From Octopus vulgaris (lineage: Eukaryota), in assembly GCA_951406725.2 (NCBI GenBank), contig OX597842.1, positions 33,170,001-33,234,000 on the forward strand: a stretch of DNA of 64,000 nt, in the 5' to 3' direction. How positions within the stretch are numbered: position 1 is the first letter of the stretch; every line of letters begins with the position of its first letter. Shown piece after piece: positions 13,382 through 26,735 of this stretch. Position numbers and translations under genes: made by a program. The notes beneath the pieces were generated by a model that did no database searches, was not told the DNA's origin, and saw only the letters and a list, made by a program, of their open reading frames with translations.

Positions 13382-14350
13382 ATTCATTTGTTAAATTTTA
13401 ATTATATAAATTTTTTACGTATTGGCTTAAGTCTTTCTTTGTTTGATTTGCATAATAGTGGTTTTGTCTCTAATTTATTATAATATATATATATATATAT
13501 ATATACTTTGTTTTATCACCCTCAGGATGATGTATATCAGAGTTGCTCCTGTGAAGATTTGAACTGAGAGACCATCATTTATCGTTCACAAATCACAAAC
13601 AATACGCCATTTTCTCAGGTATTCTAATCCCTTGCTCTTTGATATCACCACGAATAGTAATAATCTCTCACACAGGCACAAAGGACGGATTTTTCCTTTC
13701 TTTCTTTTGTAGAAAACACCAAGGGGATGAGTGGGGGGTCAGACGATGAAATTGACCCCAGTACTTGACTGGTACTTTATTTCTTCAACCTCTTAACAGA
13801 AACATGAAAGCGAAAACATAAACTTGGGAGGGACGGGGGATCGAACTCAGAAACCGTTGAAACAAAAGCTCTTAATGAAACACCTTGCTTTTTATCGGCC
13901 ACCTCTTCCCCCCACCAAGATACCATTTGCTTTTTATTTATATATATATTATATTATATATAATGTGTTTATATATATATATATACTTTTTTACATTTTT
14001 TCCTCTTTTTACTAGCTTTAATCACACAAAAATCGCCGGAAACCAGTACAATTCTATTGCAGTTTGATGTGATTATCTCCCCTTTAATCCCTACCGCTAC
14101 CCACTGCCACCACCACCACCATCACTACGATTCTCTTAACCATTACACTCTTTCTACTCTCACAGCTCTTATTCTCCATTTTACAATCTCACTTAGCTTA
14201 TATTTCGCATCTCACATTCTTTCTCCCCCCCTCCCACGACCATCACCACCGACAACTACTTCCTACGCACTTCCTACATCATCTTCCGCCTCCTGACTTT
14301 CCCTCCCCACGCTGTTAACTCTCTACCGCTTTTCGCCACGTTCTTTCTCT

Positions 14351-14390
<40 letters not shown>

Positions 14391-14866
14391 ATCACGCTCT
14401 ACCCTTAGCTCGCCCATTTCGCTGTACTTCCTCTTTCTCCGCCTCACGCGTTCGTTTCCTTTACGCAGGCGCCATTTTAATTCTTCGCTAAAACACTCTC
14501 CTTCCTCTCTTCCTAGCTCTCCCTTTTATTGCGCTCCTCATTACATCTAATTGCCTTACTTTCCAATGTGTTTTTCATTTTATTTTGGTTTTACTGTTTT
14601 CATTTTTATTTATTTTATTTACAGGAGCCAACGAGGTAGCCCGTAAGCTTCTAACTGGTGACTCTGGCTGTTAGAAATAGCTGCATAATCTCCCGCAAAT
14701 AACACCCTATCATATGCAGGTATATATATATGGATATATGAGGATATATGTATTTATATATATGTATACATATATATATACATATATATATGTATATATA
14801 TGGGGATATAGGTATTTATATATATATGTATACATATACATATACATATATATATGTATATATATA

Positions 14867-14901
<35 letters not shown>

Positions 14902-14902
14902 A

Positions 14903-14952
<50 letters not shown>

Positions 14953-14960
14953 ATATGTAT

Positions 14961-14992
<32 letters not shown>

Positions 14993-15017
14993 GTTTATGA
15001 CGATCAGTAAATTGACA

Positions 15018-15080
15018 TAACAGTACTCAGAGTTTCAAATGCTGGGGCTAAGAGTTACGATACATGCTCATCGGCTATTA
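15018..15080 (-). ncRNA. Degenerate type-I hammerhead (U4C core)
   Basis: Minus strand: TAATAG-CCGATGA-GCATG...CATTT-GAAAC-TCTGA-GTA-CTGTTA; stem II partly decayed. Confidence 0.55.
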
Positions 15081-15215
15081 ACTTAGCGGTTCGGCAAAAG
15101 TATCCGATAGAACAAGTACTAGGCTTACAAGGTACAAGTCCTCAGGTAGATTTGCTCGGCTAAAAGCGGTGCTCCGGCATGGCCGCTGTCAAATGACAGA
15201 AACCAGTAAAAGAAG
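15080..15215 (+). mobile_element. SINE family A 3' portion
   Basis: ACTTAGCGGTTCGGCAAAAG...GTCAAATGACAGAAAC. Confidence 0.8.
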
Positions 15216-15271
15216 AAAAAAGAATATGTATATTATATATATATATTTGTATATATATATGCATGTATGTA

Positions 15272-15367
<96 letters not shown>

Positions 15368-15939
15368 AATAAGGGAGATCACTGCATGATAGTTAAAGTT
15401 GTTAGAAATAGCAGCCAAATCGCCTTCAAATGACTCCCTACTCTCTTATCCATGTACTTATGTATATATGAGCCAATGAAGGATATCTCAGCATGGTAGC
15501 TAGATCTGGTAGAAATAGCAGCTAAATATCCCTCAAATATTGTTCCGCTTCTTCAATGTGGAAAAGTATATAAAATATGTTTTCTTAACATATGAATGTA
15601 AGATGGGATGGTCACGTTTGTAACGCTTTTTGCTCGCTAGTCTGCTGAACCCAAGAAACTACATTAAGAACAGCTAATGCTACATCATGTTGTACCACAT
15701 CCTCTGAATCGGGCGAAGTTATGATTGATCACGTGGATTATGAACGTGATGGTCATATTAGGATTGCCTTTGAATGTAACATGTGCAGGGTTAGGACACA
15801 TCTTTAAACCGACAACAAAATCGAAAAGGACAGTAACAATGAAGGATACATAAGATAGTGTAGGCCTTGATATACTATGCCAGATTAAGACAGGATGGTC
15901 AGAGTTAGAGTGTCTTTGATAAAAAACTGGAAAAATGGA

Positions 15940-16373
15940 GCATGTATCTAGGACTAATGTTGTTGTTGTTTAACCCCAGGTCAGTCCAGATCCAGACAGG
16001 CCTATGATCAAAGATGATCCAGCAGTGACCATCCCATCTTTTATTCAGGCATAGTGTATCTAGGACTACGTTATCTAATGTATAGTATAGTAGTTAGTAT
16101 TAGTGGCTACAGTTGTTGTTCTTTAACCCCAGGTCGGTCCTGATCCAGACAGACCTATGATCAAAGATGTTCCAGCTATGACCATCCCATCTTTTATTCA
16201 GGCATAGTGTATCTAGGACTACATTATCTAATGTATAGTATAGTAGTTAGTATTAGTGGCTATAGTTATTGTTGTTGTTTAACCCCAGGTCAGTGCTGAT
16301 TCAGCAGATAGGCCTATGATCAAAGACCATCCCATCATTTATTCAGGCATAGTGTATCTAGGACTACATTATC
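15940..16373 (+). repeat. ~155-bp tandem repeat, ~3 copies of a dispersed element
   Basis: AACCCCAGGTC at 15972, 16125, 16281; same element inverted at 26750-26930 and 43205-43510. Confidence 0.9.
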
Positions 16374-16429
16374 TTCTTCTTCTTTTACTCCCACTCCTCC
16401 ACCACCTTTTACCTCTTTTAAATTCTATC

Positions 16430-16564
16430 CATCACAATCATCATCATCATCATCGTCATCGTCATCATTATCACCATCACCATCATCATCATATCATCAT
16501 CGACATCATCATCATACCATCATCATCATACCATCATCATCACCATCACCACCACCACCGTCAC

Positions 16565-16638
<74 letters not shown>

Positions 16639-16730
16639 CCATCATCATCATATCATCATCGACATCATCATCATACCATCATCATCATACCATCATCATC
16701 ACCATCACCATCACCACCGTCACCATCATT

Positions 16731-16793
<63 letters not shown>

Positions 16794-16805
16794 GTCATCA
16801 TCATC
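16430..16805. repeat. (CAT)n repeat with ~160-bp internal duplication
   Basis: CATATCATCATCGACATCATCATCATACC occurs twice. Confidence 0.95.
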
Positions 16806-17142
16806 TTATTTTCATCTTTCTTCATCAGCATTCGTCTGTCTCTCAGTCTTCCCTTCGAGTTCTCTCTCTCTCTCGTACATCCACTTCTCTTCCACTCTCT
16901 CACTCCTCTTCTTCGCCATTCTCCTCCTCCTCCTCCTCCTCCTCTTCCTCTCATTTTTCGTTCCGTTTCTAATGATGGTATCGTTTAAGCCGGTGATTAA
17001 ATGCTCCATATATTCCGCCCTCACCCCCCACCACGACCCCCCCATCCCCATCCTTCTCATTCACCTCCTCCTCCTCCTCCTTTATTCCCCTCTCTCAATT
17101 CACCCCACCCCCCTAATTTTTTTTTTTTTGTAATGGGGTTGT

Positions 17143-17161
17143 GGAACATTCTAGAACATTT
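17143..17161. promoter_or_regulatory. Candidate heat-shock element
   Basis: gGAAcaTTCtaGAAcaTTt matches nGAAnnTTCnnGAAn, in a non-repetitive island. Confidence 0.3.
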
Positions 17162-17600
17162 GAAAATAGGGGCTGTCAAATGCTCAGCTTGTCAAATGCG
17201 CTCCCGGTTCGTTCAAATCCCTCTACCCTCACCCCAACCCCTTCGGCAGTCCCCCATCCCACACCACCCCCGCAACCACCACCACGGCGGCCCTCATGCA
17301 CGTCACAGATTCCAACCAGCACCACGACCACCACGTCTGACTGATATCCTCAACTGCCTCCTGCTCCCCCTGCTCCTCCTCCTCCCCGACCCCAGCCGGT
17401 TTTGCAAAATGTTGAAGGATGAGGAAAAAAGCTGACTTTGATGATGATGATGATGATGATGATGTTGAAGAAGAAGAAGAAGAAGAAGAAGAAGAAGAAG
17501 AAGAAGAAGAAGAAGAAGAAGAAGAAGAAGAAGAAGAACGCTTGGGGGATAGCTTCCTCTTTACGGAAGCAATTTCACAAATTAGAGTAAGCTGATATAC

Positions 17601-17678
<78 letters not shown>

Positions 17679-17779
17679 TGTACGTATGTATATATCCATA
17701 TATATATACATATATATGTATATATTTATGTATATGTATATGTACACACACATATATATATATATACATATATGCATAC

Positions 17780-17810
<31 letters not shown>

Positions 17811-17913
17811 TACATACATATATATATATATATATACATACATGGTATATATAGATGTATATGTACATATATATAGTTAGAGACATACATATAGATGCAT
17901 ATATAATAATAAC

Positions 17914-18024
<111 letters not shown>

Positions 18025-18068
18025 TTCTTAAGTAACGAGAAGATGGATTTAGTATTAATCTTTATTTT

Positions 18069-18175
18069 GTACAACGGTCGTTTCGACCCTTCCTGCTTAC
18101 TGTCCCTTATGGGGGTCGGACTCCTTTCAACATGATGTGTTGCATCAATTTCGCTGTCAGGGTCTCATCAGGTAC
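18069..18175 (-). ncRNA. Type-I hammerhead ribozyme with long stem-II insert
   Basis: Minus strand: GTAC-CTGATGA-GACCCT-(~68 nt)-AGGGTC-GAAAC-GACC-GTT-GTAC; intact core, GUU triplet. Confidence 0.75.
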
Positions 18176-18270
18176 GTCTGCACACAAAGGTGTGTATCTC
18201 TCGCTAAAGATCCCGAGTTTTGGCTGCCATATTGTTATATGTCAAGTTATTTATATAACCACCACCACCA

Positions 18271-18365
<95 letters not shown>

Positions 18366-18384
18366 TTGTGTGTGTGTGTGTGTG

Positions 18385-18442
<58 letters not shown>

Positions 18443-18443
<1 letters not shown>

Positions 18444-19522
18444 TAGCAGAGATACCCGGCGTTGCCCAGTTACATTCAATTGAAGAATTAGACTTTTCTG
18501 TTATATATATATATGGATACATGGATACACACACACATATATGTATATTAATATAAATACAAGAAAGTACATGAAGTTTGTTTAAAAAAAGGGGATCATG
18601 TATATACCTCCTGGCTGTTGAGATTATAACACCTCGTTGTAAACAATGTGCCTTGTTTTTCCTTGTGGAGCATATACAAAAAGGTTTCTTTTGGTTTCTA
18701 CTCTTGAGCAGCCAACATACAGTTACCCATGCGAGAAGCAGGGCTCTTCCAAGAGAAGACCAGCTACAGAGAGGGTTTGACCCTGAGATTTGTTAATGGA
18801 CATGGCAAAGCTGACACGAAAGGGGGATTTGCAGTCTTCTGAATGTAAATGGAATTTCTGCTCCTGATGGAGTAAGAGGAAATCTTGGAATAAAGACGCC
18901 ATCACCTTTTCCACATCCAGAAAGAATGATCGCCTCGATAACGTGTGACATCATTTTCTTTATCACCAGTCGTGTTCCATTGCAAAGTGTTGGTGGTTCC
19001 AGATTGCGGAGTAGCATTACAGGAGTTCCAACTTTAAGTGCTAATATGTGTGGAGGCAGTCCAGGAGGCTCCAGTGAATTGTGAAATTCCACCACGACCA
19101 CCAGCACGACCACCACCACCACCACCACTACCACCTCAGCCGTCGCTATTTCCACCACCACCACCACCACCACCACCACCACCACCACCACCACCACCAC
19201 CACCCCACCACCACCACCACCACTACCACCATGACCACCACCACCACTACCACTACCACCATGACCACCACCACCACTACCACCATGACCACCACCACCA
19301 TTACCACCATGCCTTGCTTATTTCTAATGCTTTGGTTTTGTGCTGAGTTTTTAGTTGAGAACATATTCTTTGTGGAAAATAGCGATTTGACGTCTATATT
19401 TAGCATGTTGACAGTCCACTTTTTGAGTGGTCAGTCCTTTAAATTTTGTATTTAAAATTATTTTACTCTTCGGATTTTTTAATATGCTGGGCCACTGGTT
19501 TTAATTGATTAATATCATATTA

Positions 19523-19530
<8 letters not shown>
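18443..19530 (-). mobile_element. Helitron remnant
   Basis: 3' end on minus strand: GC-rich hairpin GGGCAACGCCGGG, then CTAG followed by T; helicase remnant upstream; 5' boundary uncertain. Confidence 0.8.
18624..19089 (-). pseudogene. Helitron RepHel Pif1-like helicase C-terminus
   Basis: [23 protein letters not shown]...LCNGTRL...FIPRFPL...FRRLQ / [13 protein letters not shown]...PCFSHG*LYVGCSRV...IVYNEVL*; one frameshift and one premature stop. Confidence 0.95.
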
Positions 19531-19553
<23 letters not shown>

Positions 19554-19575
19554 CACTCTTTTTACTCTTTTTACT

Positions 19576-19780
19576 TGGAAGGTGTTTATAAGCCATTTAA
19601 GAAACACACAAAAGCCGTTCGATTCACTTCAACATTTAAGTTTAATGATGGTGTTGAAGTGAATCGAACGGCTTTTGTGTGTTTCTTAAATGGCTTATAA
19701 ACACCTTCCACGCTGCAATTGTTTTCGTTTCAGCACACGATCTCAGATCAAATTACTTGCTATGCGAGTACATCTCCGTA
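19576..19780. mobile_element. Foldback/MITE-like element containing a perfect 59-bp inverted repeat
   Basis: 19576-19634 is the reverse complement of 19652-19710, with a 17-nt spacer. Confidence 0.85.
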
Positions 19781-19847
<67 letters not shown>

Positions 19848-19848
<1 letters not shown>

Positions 19849-20339
19849 GAGAAAGAAGCAACAAGAATGGATTGGTTTTTAGTACAATTGTTTCATACAA
19901 AGACAGGCTTTATTACAAGTTGCAAAAATTGCAGCAGATAAAAGTGTCCCGTACTCATCAGCTAAAATACATTTGAGTTCTCTAGACATCTTAGTGGGTG
20001 AGGTTATACACATGAAATATTGGAGATAGTTCCATTAGAGGCAGATATAGGTTGTAAACAGTTTTCCAAAGTTCCTTAATGATGATGCACAGTCTTATCA
20101 CAGATTTTAAAAAACTTATTAGTTTCGAAGAGAAGATAAATTAATCCATAGTGTAGATTTAAATTTCCAGAGATATGAGGAGGATGATGCACAGACTTAT
20201 CACAGGTTTTTAAAGAATCACCCCTCGTTTATAATCACCCCACATTACTGTATGGATAACACCATATAGTTTTTCTGGTGCATCTAAGTTAAGTACCACA
20301 TACACGTAAATTCATTGGAAGTTACTTGAATCTTAATTG

Positions 20340-20345
<6 letters not shown>
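19848..20345. mobile_element. Penelope-like element remnant with inverted terminal segment
   Basis: 19848-19970 is an inverted homologue of 34753-34872; 20228-20345 is a direct homologue of 34873-34990. Confidence 0.7.
19877..19967 (-). ncRNA. Type-I hammerhead ribozyme
   Basis: Minus strand: TTTTAG-CTGATGA-GTAC...GTAT-GAAAC-AATT-GTA-CTAAAA. Confidence 0.82.
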
Positions 20346-20425
<80 letters not shown>

Positions 20426-20774
20426 AGAATTCACCAAAAGACAAAATCCGAAGACAGGTAGTGTAGTCAACAAGCATACAGATGTATTAGTATAACGGTC
20501 TACTCCGCATGAAGAATCTGAACAGCTCTTGTGCTTATAACTTAGATCCATCATGGTTTCTGATGTGGCTTTGTAAACCAGACATTGCATTGAAAAGACT
20601 AAATGTCTGATTTGAACCACCAAGATCTGCAGTTAAGTTCTGGTTTTTGTAGGTCTTAAAATGTCCTTTGAGGCTTCCATTAGATTTTCCGACCCTATGG
20701 GATCCACGGCATTGAAGGATGTGCACATATATATGTATGTATATACATACATACATACATACATATATATATCC

Positions 20775-21489
20775 GGTGGTGGTGGAGGCGGCGGCGGTGG
20801 CGGTGGTGGTTGTGGTGGTGGTTGTCGCTGTGGTGGCGGCGGTGATGGTGATGGTGGTGGAGGTATTACGATTCGAGGTGGCGTTTTTATGAGGGTGATG
20901 ACGGTGGTGGTGGTGGTGGTGGTGGTGGAGAATAGTTTTTTGCCGAAGCTGATGGCATTATGCCGATAGTGGTGATGATAACGGCGGTGTTGTTAGTGGT
21001 GATGGCGTTGGTGGTGGTGGTAGTCGTTAGAGTGGTAGCGGTGGTGTTTGTAATGGCGGTTTTGGTGGTGGTAGTGATTGTGGTGATTAGATAGGTGGGG
21101 GAGTGTTGTTGTTGTTAGTGGTGGTGGTAGTAGTGGTGGTGGTGGTAGTGGTGGTGATGGTAGTCATTAGAGTGGTAGCGGTGGTGTTTGTAATGGTGGT
21201 TTTGGTGGTGGTGGTAGTCATTAGAGTAGTATCGGTGGTGGTTGTAATGGTGGTTTTGGAGGTGGTAGTGGTTGTGGTGATTAGAGAGGTGGGGGAGTGT
21301 TGGTGGTGTTAACTGATGTTGTTGTTGGTAGCAGTGGTAGTGGTGGTGGTGGTGGTGGTGGTGGTGGTAATGGCATTACTGGCGGAATTGATGTTATCGG
21401 TGGTGGTGGTGATGGTGTTAATGAGGGTCGAGGTGGAGGTGGTGGTAGGGGGTGAAGGCGGTTGTGGTAGTGGTGGTGATGATTATGGC

Positions 21490-21535
<46 letters not shown>

Positions 21536-21755
21536 GTGGTGATGATGGTGATGATGGTGACGATGATGATGATGGTGATGATGATGATGATGGTGATAAT
21601 GATGATGATGATGATGATTATGATGATGATGATGGTGACGATGACGATGATGATGATTATGGTGATGATGATGATGATGATGATGATGGTGATGATGATG
21701 GTGATGATGGTGACGATGATGATGATGATGATGATGATGATGGTGATGATGTTGG

Positions 21756-21793
<38 letters not shown>

Positions 21794-21815
21794 TGGTGAT
21801 GATGATGACGATGAC

Positions 21816-21849
<34 letters not shown>

Positions 21850-22725
21850 GTGGTGGTGGTGATAGCGATGGCGCTGATGTTGTCATTGGTAGTGATGGTG
21901 GTGATGGTGACGGTGGCGGTAAAAGTTGTGGTAGTGGTGGTAGTGGTGGTCGCGGTGACAATGTTGGTGTAAAGGGTGGTTTAGTTTGGTCATCACTGCA
22001 AGTGGGGGCCTAGCGTGGTGTCATTAGCGGGGGCGGAAATACGGGGGTTACATTTTACCAGCGAAGAGGTTTAGCAGGAACCGTTGTGGTGGTTCGATTT
22101 GGTGAAGGCGGCGGGCGGCAGAGGGGTGGTGGGGGTTCGTGTTTGGAGCCGTTTACCGTTCTGGTGGTAGTGGCGATTGTTAGAAGAGGGCAGCGGTGCT
22201 GGCATGGTGGTGGTGGTGGTGGTGGTAGCGTTTGCGGTGGTGGAGGTGACCAGTGTCGTCGCCGGCGGTGGACATCATCAGACTGTCCGGTAATTAGCAC
22301 ATGTTATCTGATGTGTTATCTTAAAAATGCACGATCGGACAATGGAACTACATCTGGTGCACCGGTGCGGAATGGTGTTGTCTTGGGCCCCTTGCTGGTG
22401 GTGGTGGTGGTGGTGGTGGTGGTGGTGGTGGTGTTGGTGTTGGTTGTGGTGGTGGTGGTGGAGGTAGTAGAGATGGTGGTGGTGGTGGTGGATGGTAGTG
22501 GTGGTGGTGAAGGTGGTGGTGTTGGTGTTGTTTGGTGTTGGTGGTGGTGGTGTGTTGGTTGTGGTGGTGGTGGTGGTGGATAGTAGTGGTGGTGGTGGTA
22601 GTGGTGGTGGTGGATGGTAGTGGTGGTTGCGGTAGTGGTGGTTGCGGTGGTTGCGGTGGTGGTGGTGGTGGTGGCGGTGGTGGTGGTGGTGGTGGTGGTG
22701 GTGGTGGTGGTAGTAGTAGTAGCGG

Positions 22726-22756
<31 letters not shown>

Positions 22757-22770
22757 GGTGGTGGTGGGGA
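20775..22770. repeat. (GGT)n/(GAT)n low-complexity domain
   Basis: Direct reading; short unique islands at ~21970-22400. Confidence 0.9.
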
Positions 22771-23036
22771 GTTGATGAGGGGATGTTAATGACGAGTACT
22801 TGTAGAAATAGAAGTTTAGGAGGATTTGGTGATGGAGTGTGGTGTGTTGTCGTTGTTGTTGTTGTTGATATTCGAGATGGTGGTGGTGGTGGTAGTCGTC
22901 GTCGTCGTTGTAGTGGGGAGTGGAATGAGGTTTATAAACTGCAAAGGGGCCCGGACTATCGATAAGCAATCTTTTGCATTTCCAACTGACAGGCTTACAC
23001 CTAGTCTGACATACACATAATCACACGCGAAGACAT

Positions 23037-23328
<292 letters not shown>

Positions 23329-23329
23329 G

Positions 23330-23410
23330 CTCAGAAGTGGTTGTGTGGTAAGAATGCTGCTTCCCAACAGCATGGTTCCGGGTTCAGTCCCACTCCGTGG
23401 CACCTTGGGC
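23330..23410 (+). mobile_element. SINE family A head only
   Basis: A and B box region, truncated after CACCTTGGGC. Confidence 0.75.
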
Positions 23411-23455
23411 GAATGGACCTCTTACTTAATTTTGATATTTGTAAGTCTGGAAGAA

Positions 23456-23668
23456 GGAGAGACCAGGCAGAAACGTTAGCCCGCCGGACAAGATGCTTGG
23501 CGGCATCTCGTCCGGCATTACGTTCTAAGTTCGAATTCCGTCGAGGTTGACTTTGCCTTGTAACCTTTCGGGGTCGATAAATATAGTACCAGGGTACTAT
23601 AAAGGGGAGGGGGCGAAATGATCGACAAAAATCTCCCTAATGTTGCTGGCCTTGTGCCAAAACTGAAA
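23456..23668 (+). mobile_element. tRNA-derived SINE family B
   Basis: GGCAGAAACGTTAGC...GTTCGAATTCC...CTTTCGGGGTCGATAAA. Confidence 0.8.
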
Positions 23669-23777
23669 ATCACTATATTTAAGTATGTAAAAAGGTGGCG
23701 AGCAGACAGCATCACTGGCGTTACGGACAAAATGCTTACTGGCATATGGTCCGTGTTTACGTTCTCGGATGTTTTTA

Positions 23778-24680
<903 letters not shown>

Positions 24681-25373
24681 CCCATCATGATGCTTGCGCG
24701 GTTGAAGGCGGCGCTGTTGTTGACGGCGGATATTTAGTGATCTCGATGTTGTTATTGCTGCTGGTGGTGTTGACGGCGGTGGTGATAGCGGCGGCGGCGG
24801 CGGCGGCGGTGGTGGTGGTGGTGGTGGTGGTGGTGGTTACGGTGGCCGTCGTGTTGATAACATGACGAAAAGGCGCGCGTCATAGCTCCACGTTCCGTTC
24901 GACGATGTTATCTATCGCGTTCTCGCGGCGCAAGTAAAAAAGAAAAAAAAAAAAAAAGAAAAAGTGGGACGGGCTCTTATTTTCCCAAGGTTCAATACTC
25001 AGACACCGCTCTTCACCACCCTCGTACCACGGGTTTCGTATCTAAGCCACGACTGTCAACATTTTCAGTCTTATCTCTAATAGTGTCATCGACTTACAAT
25101 ACTAAGAACAACATTACCTCCACCTCTTCCATTTCTCCTCTCCTCTTAAAACTCAAGCCCTGACCTCCTACACACACAAAGCAGCTCCCTATTTCTTTAA
25201 CTTTACCCCCTTTAAATCACTCAATCATCTTCTTATCCCATTGCCAATATCCACTTGAACGCCATCTTTCTTCTGTCAAATTTCGCTTTTAATTCGCCAT
25301 TTTCTTTCAACGCTTCGCAAACCGCCATTTTTATTCAGTGATGTATGTCTGTATATTGTAGCTAGAACTAATG

Positions 25374-26735
25374 GAAATAGCAGCCAAATCTCCCTCAAAT
25401 CATACCCACTGTCTTATCTATGTATACATGTATGTATGAGCCAATGAGGCAGACCTCTACATGGTAGCTAGACCTGGTAGAAATAGCAGCCAAATCTCCC
25501 CCAAATCACACCCTACTTTCTTATCTATGTATATATGTATGTATGAGCCAATGAGGGAGACCTCTACATAGTAGCTAGACCTGGTAGAAATAGCAGCCAA
25601 ATCTCCCTCAAACCACACCCTACTCTCTTATCTATGTATATATGTATGTATGAGCCAATGAGGGAGAACTCTACATGGTAGCTAGACCTGGTAGAAATAG
25701 CTGCCAAATCTCCCTCAAATCACACCCTACTCTCTTATCTATGTATATATGTGTGTATGAGCCAATGAAGGAGACCTCTACATAGTAGCTAGACCTGGTA
25801 GAAATAGCAGCCAAATCTCCCTCAAACCACACCCTACTCTCTTATCTATGTATATATGTATGTATGAGCCAATGAGGGAGAACTCTACATGGTAGCTAGA
25901 CCTGGTAGAAATAGCTGCCAAATCTCCCTCAAATCACACCCTACTCTCTTATCTATGTATATATGTGTGTATGAGCCAATGAAGGAGACCTCTACATGGT
26001 AGCCAGACCTGGTAGAAATAGCAGCCAAATCTCCCTCAAATCACACCCTACTCTCTTATCTATGTATATATGTATGTATGAGCCAATGAGGGAGACCTCT
26101 ACATGGTAGCCAGACCTGGTAGAAATAGCAGCCAAATCTCCCTCAAATCACACCCTACTCTCTTATCTATGTATATATGTATGTATGAGCCAATGAGGGA
26201 GACCTCTACATGGTAGCCAGACCTGGTAGAAATAGCAGCCAAATCTCCCTCAAATCACACCCTACTCTCTTATCTATGTATATATGTATGTATGAGCCAA
26301 TGAGGGAGACCTCTACATGGTAGCTAGACCTGGTAGAAATAGCTGCCAAATCTCCCTCAAATCACACCCTACTCTCTTATCTATGTATATATGTGTGTAT
26401 GAGCCAATGAAGGAGACCTCTACATGGTAGCTAGACCTGGTAGAAATAGCTGCCAAATCTCCCTCAAATCACACCCTACTCTCTTATCTATGTATATATG
26501 TATGTATGAGCCAATGAGTGAGACCTCTACATGGTAGCCAGACTTGGTAGAAATAGCAGCCAGGTCTCCCTCAGATCATACCCCACTGTCTTATTTGTGT
26601 ATATATGTATGAGCCAATGAGACAGACTTCTACTTGGTAGCTAGACTGGTAGATATAGCAGCCAAATCTCCCTTAAATTAAACCCTATTCTAAGGAGGGA
26701 GACCTCTACGTGGTAACTAGACCTGGTAAAAATAG
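25374..26735 (+). repeat. 107-bp minisatellite, ~12.5 copies
   Basis: GAAATAGC(A/T)GCCAAATCTCCC starts at 25374, 25480, 25587, 25694, 25801, 25908, 26015, 26122, 26229, 26336, 26443, 26550. Confidence 0.98.

Noticed and set aside
14610-14650. Candidate micro-exon after TTTTATTTACAG
   Set aside because: Cannot be joined to other candidates into a coherent frame; such signals arise often by chance
24855-24915. Possible pre-miRNA hairpin
   Set aside because: Pairing is short and interrupted; no mature miRNA I recognise
25374-26735. Regularly spaced array resembling CRISPR
   Set aside because: Whole units repeat with no unique spacers; no cas genes; eukaryotic context
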